Shown: positions 16,732 through 25,407 of the stretch, piece after piece
Position numbering within the stretch: the first letter of the stretch is position 1
Layout of the letters: the number at the start of each line of letters is the position of its first letter
DNA from: a virus
Lineage: Duplodnaviria > Heunggongvirae > Uroviricota > Caudoviricetes > Schitoviridae
DNA: 37,240 nt
Reading direction: 5' to 3' (one strand)
IMG/VR virus record: IMGVR_UViG_2595698411_000001
Coordinates: 1 to 37,240 of that record
Program-made: the position numbers and the translations under genes
Notes under the pieces: generated by a model
Seen by the model: the letters and a program-made list of their open reading frames with translations, nothing else
Databases searched by the model: none
Told to the model about the DNA's origin: nothing

Positions 16732-18722
16732 TACTCTACTACTCCAATGTTAGTGTCGCCAGCGTTACGTTGCGCCAGCATCTGTTCAAGGTTAGCTCTG
16801 TGTTTCATAGCCTCTCTTTCGAGGTGCTGTGCGTGTCGTAAGTCTTCTAGTTCTACCTGTTCTAGGTGGGCGTAACCATTGTCTTCTTTGACAAACTTCA
16901 AGTCAGTCATATCAGCTTCACTAGATAGCTTACGGGCTTTAGCTTTTTCCACTGCTGCTTTGCTGCGTTTCAGCTCTGCGTCAATAGTGTTTTCGTTGGC
17001 TCTAGCATTCTTGTCGTTAATACTAGCAACAAGCATCTGGTTTTCCAGCATGAGGTTCTCTAGCTCAAGCTGTCTGATTTTTTCCTGTACAGGATCAGGC
17101 TTAGGCTCATACTCTCTCATACGCTTAGCCTGCTCAGGCATACGCATCAGATCCATAATATCAGCCATGATATCACGACGGATTTTAGGGTCTTCATTAG
17201 GACCTAGGGTCTGCAGTAGGAAAGAAAGCTCTTGAGACTTAGCTGCGTTGTCCTCTGCTGTAGAGATGCTGATATCAATATCAATACGTCCAGAAAGATC
17301 ATCTTTACGTATAGGTACAAACTTGTCGTTTGTTACCCGAATAACCTCTTCTTCTTCCAAGAACTCCGCGTTATATGCCATCCACTTACGCATAAGAGGC
17401 TTAACAAGGTTTTCAGCAATATTACGTACAATATTCATTCTACGAGTAGCAGTGGCATCTAGTGCGCCTCTAGCTCCTGTAGCAGTACTGCCTAGGCTGC
17501 CGCTGTTGATACCGCCACTAAATGACTTAGTGCCGGTGATAGACTCTATCTCATTATTCATGAGACTTATCATATCGAAAGCAGAAGAAGGTATTGCGTT
17601 GTAACTGCCGTGCCAAAAATCATTAGCTGTGCCGTTAAACTCAAAGTTCGCGCCAGCTAGGAACTTCTTACGATTAGTTTGATCTAGTGCACCTTTGCGT
17701 ATGGCCACCTGTCCGTTGTTAGACTGGGCCATGTTATCGATAATACCTCGAATAACCGCAGTCTTAACTTTTTGGTTGTCCCCGATCATCTCTGCGTTAG
17801 CTTCGCCGTGCAGTTTGAAAGGAATACTATTAAAAGGCACAACCAAGAAAGGAGGCTTGCCGTCCGGATAAGGGTTGCTTTGCAAACGTACGATAACGTC
17901 GTTAATCCAAGCACACACGATAGGTTCAGCAATACCATCACCGTCTACGTCGTAGTTACCCCAATACTCGTAAATAATCAGCTTTTTACGAGGAGCGTCA
18001 CTAAACTGGAACTCTGTATCGTCAGGAGAATCGTAGTCAAAATCTTCGCCACTAGTTTTGGCAAGTTTATCTAGGTTCTTGTAACGACCGTCTTTTTTGA
18101 GGGTAGACAGGTCTGTTTCGTAACGGTGAATTACAAACTGAGCGTTATCTAGGTTGTCTTGGCATGTAGGGTCTAGGTAGATGTCTTCGTTACGACACAC
18201 TCTGGCAGTAGGCTGGTTCTTCTTCACTACTGTTTCTGTGACTTCTTGTTCTACCACAGTTTCGTTGCCGTACTCGTCTACAACAACAGCTTCACCCATC
18301 ACAGTGACTTCTTCGTCCTCATAGTCCCAGCCGGTTTGCACAACTAGTGTGCCTTCACGGTCTAACACCTTTACTGCTTTAGACATGAAATTAAAGCGGT
18401 CGAACTTACGGCTAAACTGTGTATTCAACAAGAGCTCATTTTGCTCGGCGGAATCAGTGTCTTCCCAGGTAATAGGAGTACACTTGATAATATCTGCAGT
18501 ACTGACAAAAGGATCAACAATAGTAGCGTGCTGCCACTCGGATTGCTTTTTAATATCCCTAGACACAATAGCAGACTTACCTTTTTGCTCGTTGCCGTAA
18601 GGTTCACCGTTGTACTCCGCTTTCCAGGTGGAGATCAAAGAGTCTTGTTCTTGCTTTAATACGTCGGCAGCTTTCATGTCTGCTTTTAACGCACTAAGAA
18701 GCTCGGCTTTGTTAATTTTCAT
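16731..18722 (-). CDS. Portal protein, N4 gp59-like
   Basis: ATG at 18722 after TAAGGA is preferred over the track TTG at 18737. SALKADM, KKQSEWQHATIVDPF, PITWED...QNELLLNTQF match N4-type portals. C-terminal coiled coil. Confidence 0.9.
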   Translation of the reverse strand: MKINKAELLSALKADMKAADVLKQEQDSLISTWKAEYNGEPYGNEQKGKSAIVSRDIKKQSEWQHATIVDPFVSTADIIKCTPITWEDTDSAEQNELLLNTQFSRKFDRFNFMSKAVKVLDREGTLVVQTGWDYEDEEVTVMGEAVVVDEYGNETVVEQEVTETVVKKNQPTARVCRNEDIYLDPTCQDNLDNAQFVIHRYETDLSTLKKDGRYKNLDKLAKTSGEDFDYDSPDDTEFQFSDAPRKKLIIYEYWGNYDVDGDGIAEPIVCAWINDVIVRLQSNPYPDGKPPFLVVPFNSIPFKLHGEANAEMIGDNQKVKTAVIRGIIDNMAQSNNGQVAIRKGALDQTNRKKFLAGANFEFNGTANDFWHGSYNAIPSSAFDMISLMNNEIESITGTKSFSGGINSGSLGSTATGARGALDATATRRMNIVRNIAENLVKPLMRKWMAYNAEFLEEEEVIRVTNDKFVPIRKDDLSGRIDIDISISTAEDNAAKSQELSFLLQTLGPNEDPKIRRDIMADIMDLMRMPEQAKRMREYEPKPDPVQEKIRQLELENLMLENQMLVASINDKNARANENTIDAELKRSKAAVEKAKARKLSSEADMTDLKFVKEDNGYAHLEQVELEDLRHAQHLEREAMKHRANLEQMLAQRNAGDTNIGVVE

Positions 18723-18764
18723 AGTTTCCTTAGACAACTTGCTAAACGATAAGACACAGCTAAC

Positions 18765-19097
18765 TTACTTCTTGAGCAGCCACCAGAGAAAAGCTGCGCT
18801 GCCAGTAATAAGTGCTCCCCAAAACAGTTCTATTTTACCAATAACATAACTGTTCTTGTCTTGTACTTTTTCCACTGCTGCTATTTTTTGTTTAAGCTCA
18901 TCAACCTCAGTTTGAGTTTTTTCAGCTTTTTCTGTAATAACATCGATGTCTTTTCTTACGCTGTGTAACTCAAAACGTAGGTCCGCCAGCTTGGCCACTG
19001 AATCCGCCATAGAGATCATAGACTCTGACATTACTTCCATTTTCGCTTCTAGTTTTATTACAGCGTCTCTGACATCATTGCTAGATTCGATACTCAT
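18765..19097 (-). CDS. Coiled-coil protein with one C-terminal TM helix; holin-like (N4 gp63 position)
   Basis: 110 aa. Long heptad region, then IELFWGALITGSAAFLWWLL-KK. Directly upstream of the portal, where N4 has its lysis cassette. Confidence 0.45.
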   Translation of the reverse strand: MSIESSNDVRDAVIKLEAKMEVMSESMISMADSVAKLADLRFELHSVRKDIDVITEKAEKTQTEVDELKQKIAAVEKVQDKNSYVIGKIELFWGALITGSAAFLWWLLKK

Positions 19098-19136
19098 CTA
19101 CAATCACCGGCAAAATTTAAGCGTTAGTTTTTTCGG

Positions 19137-19165
19137 AGTATAACATAAAGAATCGGCCTTCTCTA
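19137..19165 (-). promoter_or_regulatory. Extended -10 sigma70-like promoter for the holin-like/portal genes
   Basis: Minus strand TAGAGA-N17-TATACT with TG (TGTTATACT, the same 9-mer as at 34287-34295). Overlaps an inverted repeat at 19156-19180. Confidence 0.55.
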
Positions 19166-19195
19166 GCAAGGCTAGAAGGCTTACATGTTTCTTTG

Positions 19196-19224
19196 TTGAT
19201 AGGTATAAAAAAGTACGCTACACT
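19196..19224 (+). promoter_or_regulatory. sigma70-like promoter for the antisense 84-aa gene
   Basis: TTGATA-N17-TACACT, 34 nt upstream of the ATG. Confidence 0.65.
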
Positions 19225-19258
19225 ACGCATACTTTAACATCAAATAACTGGAAATGTA

Positions 19259-19513
19259 ATGGAAGATCAAGCAAACACGCAAGCACAACAAGCAGAAGCC
19301 ACAGTAACAATTGACGATACTGTTTATGCGGTAAAAGATTTGTCAGACGAAGCTAAGTACACTCTTCAGCTTATTGAAGATTTGCGACAGCAGATGGGCG
19401 CTACAAGAGCTCGTTTTGATCAGCTTTCAATGGCGGAACAAGGCTTCACTCAGAAACTACGTGAAGAAGTCGCTAAAGCTGACAAGAAGACAAAGAAAAG
19501 CAAAAAAGATTAA
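19259..19513 (+). CDS. Small coiled-coil protein on the opposite strand (recalled as DUF6447-like; unverified)
   Basis: 84 aa. TVTIDDTVYAVKDLSDEAK followed by a heptad helix. Has its own promoter and terminator. No minus-strand gene overlaps it. Confidence 0.8.
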   Translation: MEDQANTQAQQAEATVTIDDTVYAVKDLSDEAKYTLQLIEDLRQQMGATRARFDQLSMAEQGFTQKLREEVAKADKKTKKSKKD

Positions 19514-19526
19514 TAGTCTTTTAACG

Positions 19527-19555
19527 AAAAAGGAGAGCATATGCTCTCCTTTTTT
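19527..19555. terminator. Bidirectional intrinsic terminator
   Basis: Perfect 28-bp palindrome AAAAAGGAGAGCATATGCTCTCCTTTTT between two convergent genes. Confidence 0.9.
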
Positions 19556-19565
19556 GTGTCCGTAA

Positions 19566-19961
19566 TTAAACTAGTAGCGCTGATACTACGTCAGTGAAGT
19601 AAAGCTCGCAGACGTCTTCAACAGCTAAGCCGTCATACTTCGACTTTTCCAGCTCATCTCGGTTAATCTGAAAGTTCTGATCATTGATTGAATCAGGGTT
19701 CATCAGAATGTACGGAGCACGGCCTTCATCAAAAGCTGCTTGTGTCGGCCAGTACAAGAATACACAGCGTAAGTAGTCATTCTCGTAGTTGCGGTTATCA
19801 GTGTTTACCGTAGCTTCTTTGGTGTAGTCAGAAGCGTCAGTAATTAGATTCTCTGTAGTGGTGGTGTTAGAACTAGATTCGCGGTTAGCTTCTTTTACAC
19901 GCACTACTGCGTCAGTAAAAGTCTGGCCTTGTGGATCTGTAAGTTGTACGTTAGTTAGCAT
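19566..19961 (-). CDS. Hypothetical acidic protein downstream of the fibre adhesin (fibre accessory candidate)
   Basis: ATG at 19961 after AGAAGG is preferred (131 aa). Last gene of the fibre transcription unit. Confidence 0.7.
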   Translation of the reverse strand: MLTNVQLTDPQGQTFTDAVVRVKEANRESSSNTTTTENLITDASDYTKEATVNTDNRNYENDYLRCVFLYWPTQAAFDEGRAPYILMNPDSINDQNFQINRDELEKSKYDGLAVEDVCELYFTDVVSALLV

Positions 19962-20018
19962 GTTATTTCGCCTTCTGGTTAAGTTATTCAATATTCTATA
20001 GGTCTTGTAAACTGGTGT

Positions 20019-20762
20019 CTAGGTTATGGCAATTTCACTACTACTTTCTGCTGTAGCTTTAAGGTCTATTCGATAAGTCCCCAGTTCTCTATCAGGAACT
20101 CCTGATTTTCTGCCATAAAAAGTCATATCTATAATACCCGGTCTGGTGTTATACCCGTTTTGGGGTGCGTACGCATAAATACGAAACACTTTATAACGCA
20201 CACTGTTACTGTAAAAAACATCTTCAGACGCCACTAGATTAGAATCAGTGTATCGAGTAGTCGGGGAAGAGTCCATGTACCCAGACACTAGGTTCCAGTT
20301 CATTTTATAAGAGTCCAGTTCTGTTCCCGTGACTACCAGTACACGCCTAAAGGAACTAGTGAGACTAGAACTGTTGCCGGCATTTGTGTAGAACAGAGGG
20401 CCATTACCGTCATTGTCTACGCCGGTTACAGGTACATGTCTGACCCTGACCTCAAAACCGTTAGTTATTTTACGAAGCTGAAACTCTACACACGCCTCAG
20501 CATCTGCGTCTCCTGACCCTTTAATAGCGTAAGCTGCTACTTCTAAAAGATCGCCATTAGCTTTACGACGACCCGCAGTACTGGCGTCAGGTATAGTCGC
20601 GCTTTTCCCGCGGAACTCGGAAAACGACGATGTTGCTCCTGACGCTTTTCCTATAATACCTCGAATATCAGCATCGTTAATAGAAGCCTGGGTGCCAGAG
20701 GCACCACCAGCTTCTACATGGATTTGGTTAAGGCTTATAGCTCCTGTACTGGGTAATCCCAT
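20019..20762 (-). CDS. Fibre-tip adhesin with a T-even gp38-type N-terminal attachment module
   Basis: 247 aa. MGLPSTGAISLNQIHVEAGGASGTQASINDADIRGIIGKASGATSSFSEFRGKS is the small helical module recalled from adhesins encoded after S74-chaperoned fibres. The C-terminus is beta-rich. Confidence 0.65.
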   Translation of the reverse strand: MGLPSTGAISLNQIHVEAGGASGTQASINDADIRGIIGKASGATSSFSEFRGKSATIPDASTAGRRKANGDLLEVAAYAIKGSGDADAEACVEFQLRKITNGFEVRVRHVPVTGVDNDGNGPLFYTNAGNSSSLTSSFRRVLVVTGTELDSYKMNWNLVSGYMDSSPTTRYTDSNLVASEDVFYSNSVRYKVFRIYAYAPQNGYNTRPGIIDMTFYGRKSGVPDRELGTYRIDLKATAESSSEIAIT

Positions 20763-23700
20763 TATTTACCCTCCAAAGCAGCTAGTCGCGCTAACACGTC
20801 ATCTAGGGTGCTTTTAAGTCTGTCATTTTCTGTTTTAAGCTCTTTAATAGCCTCAACAAAAAGACCTGCCATATTACCGTAACGAACAGCCAGCTTGTTG
20901 TCCGGTGTGCGGTACACTAGTTCTGGCATCACCTTCTGTACGTCTTGAGCAATAACACCTGCAAGAATGTCATCAGGACGTTCTATGTAGTTAAACGTAC
21001 AGCCATTAAGCTTGAGCGTTTTATCTACAGCATTAGTGATAGGCTTTATGTTCTCTTTAAGAGTAATGTCAGAAGCGCTTCCGTAAGCAGTAACATTCCC
21101 TTTAAAGTTAGCATTGCCGCTAGCCCATATCTGAAACTTCATGTCTCCAGATGTGCTAGTAGAAGCCCTACCTGTAACGTCAGTAGCAGTACCTGTAGCG
21201 TTAGCCCGGCCTTCTAAAATAATATCAGTAGTTTCGCCGTAGGTAGCTACTAGCAGTGCAGCACCTCCGTTACCTACATCAGCTCTTTTTTGCACTAGCA
21301 GTGCAGGTTCAAGGTCATTAGCCGAATCTTTAATTTCCATGCGGCCTTTAAAATAACTTTTAGCAGGAGTAAGGTGCACAAAATTGTTAGTGTTATTCTT
21401 AAACACAAACCCTCGATTCCCGCTAGTCATTTTAAAGTACATGTTGTAGTCGCTAGAAGGGTCTATTCTTCCTGCATCACTACCAGCATGCCCAGACATG
21501 TAAATCTTATAACTGTCAGATCCGTTCCAAAAACGGATACCCCTACCCTCGCCAGTGTAAACATCGTAATTAGTCGACCTTACTTTAGCCGCAGTTTCTA
21601 TGTCTATAGAAGCTCTTACGCGAGTATTAGTAACATTTAAAGCGGCAACACTGTTCGCCATCAAGTCCATGTTACCGTCACTGTTCCAACGAATACCTGT
21701 GTCGGCGTCACCTACAGAGATTGCTAGGTTAGCGTTTTGACCGTTATGGTTACCATCACCGCCAAACATCACTCTGCCGGTAAACTTAGACAAACCGCTT
21801 GATATGACGCCACCTGAGCGTATGGTTGAGTTACCTGCAGCCTTAAAAGGCGAATCAGATACAAAGTGCCATGTGTTACTACCTTCATCATGCCAAATAT
21901 GGTCGCGATTATTTGCATCAGCGTAACCAGCTATCCAAGCGCTGTCGCCAAGAGAGTTAGAAGCTGTAGTAGACTTCAGCACAAAGTGGTCATCTCCTGC
22001 CAGCCAAGCAGCGACATTGTTTCGTGTAGCAAACCTGATGTAGTTGTCATTGGTATTATTTACGCGATAAGCGATATCTGCTCCATCAGGTATAGCACCA
22101 CCAGTAGCGTAAGAGCTTCTAAACAAACGGGCATGCATGTCTCCAGTAGTGACTACAGCGCTATCGTCAAAATGTACGCCTGAGCTAAACATTTTACCTT
22201 TGTTGATTCTAAGGTAGCTGTCATCATACCTAAAAGCTTCTTTGCCTTGGAAACGTAAAGACGACGCAGTAAGACTCATCCAAGTATCTACATCGAATAC
22301 ATCAAACCAGCTGTTTGGGGCAGGGTCATTGTATGAATTTCTGCCTATAGCGACAGCCTCTCGTCCGATAGCTATAACGCCGTTGTTTACCTGATTGCCT
22401 GTAGGACGTATCAGTATGTGGTCGCCTAAATGACTCATCCATGCTGATTTGAATATGTCGACTTCAGCAGAGTTGTTATCCCAACCGCTGTTTTTTCTGG
22501 ATATCTTACCTGCGTCAGTAAAACGCGAGAAGTAATTAGAATCAGCCCCGACGATTAGATTCTTCCCGTCAGCGGTAAATTTTGACAGTTTGTTATAAAC
22601 TTTAATATCACCGTTAACTTGGATCTCTTTATTAAAATAAAATCTATCCAAATTAGTAGTAAGATGTGCGTAACTGCTGTTTTGCGGACCTACATCTATA
22701 TACCCGTCTTTGGTAGCTACTCGTAACCTAGTGCCTCCTGCCTGACTAGAAAGGATTACTTCAGTGTTTGGTCCTGGGTTATCTCCTTCATGCAAATACA
22801 AAGTACCTGTGCGTTGAATACCCTTGACCTGCAGCTTTGCAGCGCTTGGCGCAATCTGTCCGTTACCGGCATGTATCTGGTCTACAGTTACTGTACCTTG
22901 GTAAAAGCGAGAGTTGCCTCCGCTGTCACACAAAACAACGCGTCTGTCATTTGTCAAAGTATCTGCTGCTTGACCGTTGTTATTAAGGTTATCTCCGCTA
23001 GAAAGTATCTGAACACCACCTTCGGCAGCCAGGTAGATAAGCTCGCCTTCGCCGTACTTTGACTGTATAGCATCATGCTGGCTCGACATATCACCACCGT
23101 AGATGTACATACCAGTACCGCTAATATTCCTTACACGGTCTGATAACACCCAGCCATCCACTCGCAGACTCTCATCAAAACGACCTGTGCGCATAAACCT
23201 CATCTGAGCATTACTATGATCAATACTGAAGACAGTATCTCTATATTGACCGTCAGTGTTGAAGTTACGAGTCTGGAGCGAGAAGTCCTCAGTACCGTTA
23301 TTAGACGTATACCAGAGCCACGAGGCTTTACCTCCTGTTGCGTATTGAAGACCGCTATATACACTTGAAGAACTCTTATCAATGATCAAGGTGTTAGTGT
23401 TGTCGTTTTTAGCTTTCAAAGAGCCAAAATTACCACTACCAGCGTTCACAGACCCTGTGACAGTCGCATTGTCCATGTACCCGTTCTTAACGTGAAGGTT
23501 ATCGAACTTCCAACTAGAAGCACCTAAAGAACTAGAGACGCCTGACTGGTATGGCAACAGGCCGGCACTAGGTGTGCGAATCCAACTACCGTTAGAACCA
23601 TCAGTACTAGAGTTAAGGCCCCAGTAACCTTCCCTAGCGTTCATGTGAGCGAGTGTGCGCCCAGTGATCTTGTCAAAAGGAACCCCATCACGGCTAGTAT

Positions 23701-25399
23701 ATATCTCATACCAATCAGACCAATCATCAGTAACGTTTCGTAGCGCCCTTGTGTATAGTCGGCCCCAACCAGCGCCTACCCAGCCTCCCCATACTTCTAC
23801 AGAGCCTGCCGCACCACTACCCCACACAATAGACTCTCCGTACTTAGAGGCGTGAGGAGTATTAGTCGTGTTGTTCTTAGTACCGTAAGTGTGAATACCT
23901 TCGGCAAGCGCGTTCCTGCCTGTAGGCATAAGAGCCTGATTTCCTAAAGTAGGTATATAGTCTTGCTTGTCGCCTCTGTGGTAGACAGCGTTTCCGCTTA
24001 CCTTTAAGCCTCTTTTAAAATCTGACGCTATGTCTCGATTAAGCTCAATAACAGGCGTGTCGTAGTCATCTATTCGCACACCTTTAGCGGTTGCTGTCGA
24101 ACCAAATCGATATCTTAAGTAGTTTTCCTCTTGGTCTACGCCTACAAAGCTATCCCCTACAGGAAAAGAAATACTACCAGTAACGTGTAAGTTTGCAGAT
24201 AAAGTATTGCTTACGTCGCTGCGCAGAAACTGAGAGCTGTTTACTCCGTCAAGTTTGTCAGAATCTACTGCTTTTCCTGAACCAACCGTCAGAACTCTCT
24301 GACCGCCCAGCTCTAAAGTCCCGTCGTCTCCTTTAAACGTTAAATATTTGTAAGCACCGGAATTACCGACACGTAAAGAAAAATGGTTTTTTGCGACGTC
24401 AGAACGATACAGGTAAGGGCCGGAAGTATCGCCTAAAAGAATACCGTCAGTCCTAAGGCTGCCTATCTGTAGTATGCCGTTACCTGTCCCATTATCTGCG
24501 TCTATGTAAATAACGTTTGATTGATTTCTTATACGAGCGTTGTTGCCGGTAGTGTCGTTTAACCTTAACCAAGGCTGCGCGTTTTCTACTTTTAACTCTC
24601 CCGTAAAGGTACCGTTAAGGAAAGTAGGACTAGATCCTGTGTTTAAGTACTGGTTAGCAAAATCTACATTTCCGTGGTATATCGTACCTAGTTCACCGTA
24701 AGTAGGTTTACGCCCGGCGTGGTATACAGCATTGCCTTTATACGTAAACTCTGAAAGGCCCAAAGTAGCTATATTACTAAGTACTATAGCTTCACCTGCA
24801 GTAACGTTTGCCGCAGCTTCAAAAACAAAAACAGGGTTTGAGGTACCATCTACGTTTGTTTCGATACGAAGTGAGTTGCCGTTTTGTACAGGCCTGCCGT
24901 TTCTATGGTTAAAAGTGACGTTTGCGTTACCATGACCGTCATTAGTGGTCAGTCCTACCTTACCAGCATAAACGTTGTAACCTGCAAGATTACCGCCCAC
25001 AGTAATATCGTTAGGCAGTTGCCCATTATCGATAGTGCCTATAATTTCACTAAAGTAAGGCTTGTTACCTGCGTGGTATACCTTATGACCGAAATACCTA
25101 AAATCGTTACCGCTAAAACTAGCTTGTAGTATGTATGGACTAGAGTAGGTCCCGTTACTGTCAGTATCAGGGAGAACATAAAAGTTACCTCCGTTAAGGC
25201 CTAAATACGCATTACTTCCATCATCTTGGCTAAAATAGATAGAAGGGGCAGCGCCGTTAAGACGCAGACCGTCTTTATTCCACGACCCTGTATTTATCAC
25301 GGCCCCACCAGAAGCTGTAACTTTTTTAGCAAAGACATCTTTATCTTTGTTAATGACTACACTTTTGCTTATTTGTATTCCGTCTTTTACGTCAAACAT
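20762..25399 (-). CDS. Long tail fibre with C-terminal peptidase S74 intramolecular chaperone
   Basis: 1,545 aa. Repeated VYHAG(N/R)KP motifs, DKLDGVNSSQFLRSD, ISVGDADTGIRWNSDG. C-terminal SDITLKENIKPI...GVIAQDVQKVMPELV...VRYGNMAGLFVEAIKEL plus coiled coil. Confidence 0.9.
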   Translation of the reverse strand: MFDVKDGIQISKSVVINKDKDVFAKKVTASGGAVINTGSWNKDGLRLNGAAPSIYFSQDDGSNAYLGLNGGNFYVLPDTDSNGTYSSPYILQASFSGNDFRYFGHKVYHAGNKPYFSEIIGTIDNGQLPNDITVGGNLAGYNVYAGKVGLTTNDGHGNANVTFNHRNGRPVQNGNSLRIETNVDGTSNPVFVFEAAANVTAGEAIVLSNIATLGLSEFTYKGNAVYHAGRKPTYGELGTIYHGNVDFANQYLNTGSSPTFLNGTFTGELKVENAQPWLRLNDTTGNNARIRNQSNVIYIDADNGTGNGILQIGSLRTDGILLGDTSGPYLYRSDVAKNHFSLRVGNSGAYKYLTFKGDDGTLELGGQRVLTVGSGKAVDSDKLDGVNSSQFLRSDVSNTLSANLHVTGSISFPVGDSFVGVDQEENYLRYRFGSTATAKGVRIDDYDTPVIELNRDIASDFKRGLKVSGNAVYHRGDKQDYIPTLGNQALMPTGRNALAEGIHTYGTKNNTTNTPHASKYGESIVWGSGAAGSVEVWGGWVGAGWGRLYTRALRNVTDDWSDWYEIYTSRDGVPFDKITGRTLAHMNAREGYWGLNSSTDGSNGSWIRTPSAGLLPYQSGVSSSLGASSWKFDNLHVKNGYMDNATVTGSVNAGSGNFGSLKAKNDNTNTLIIDKSSSSVYSGLQYATGGKASWLWYTSNNGTEDFSLQTRNFNTDGQYRDTVFSIDHSNAQMRFMRTGRFDESLRVDGWVLSDRVRNISGTGMYIYGGDMSSQHDAIQSKYGEGELIYLAAEGGVQILSSGDNLNNNGQAADTLTNDRRVVLCDSGGNSRFYQGTVTVDQIHAGNGQIAPSAAKLQVKGIQRTGTLYLHEGDNPGPNTEVILSSQAGGTRLRVATKDGYIDVGPQNSSYAHLTTNLDRFYFNKEIQVNGDIKVYNKLSKFTADGKNLIVGADSNYFSRFTDAGKISRKNSGWDNNSAEVDIFKSAWMSHLGDHILIRPTGNQVNNGVIAIGREAVAIGRNSYNDPAPNSWFDVFDVDTWMSLTASSLRFQGKEAFRYDDSYLRINKGKMFSSGVHFDDSAVVTTGDMHARLFRSSYATGGAIPDGADIAYRVNNTNDNYIRFATRNNVAAWLAGDDHFVLKSTTASNSLGDSAWIAGYADANNRDHIWHDEGSNTWHFVSDSPFKAAGNSTIRSGGVISSGLSKFTGRVMFGGDGNHNGQNANLAISVGDADTGIRWNSDGNMDLMANSVAALNVTNTRVRASIDIETAAKVRSTNYDVYTGEGRGIRFWNGSDSYKIYMSGHAGSDAGRIDPSSDYNMYFKMTSGNRGFVFKNNTNNFVHLTPAKSYFKGRMEIKDSANDLEPALLVQKRADVGNGGAALLVATYGETTDIILEGRANATGTATDVTGRASTSTSGDMKFQIWASGNANFKGNVTAYGSASDITLKENIKPITNAVDKTLKLNGCTFNYIERPDDILAGVIAQDVQKVMPELVYRTPDNKLAVRYGNMAGLFVEAIKELKTENDRLKSTLDDVLARLAALEGK

Positions 25400-25407
25400 G
25401 GTACGCC

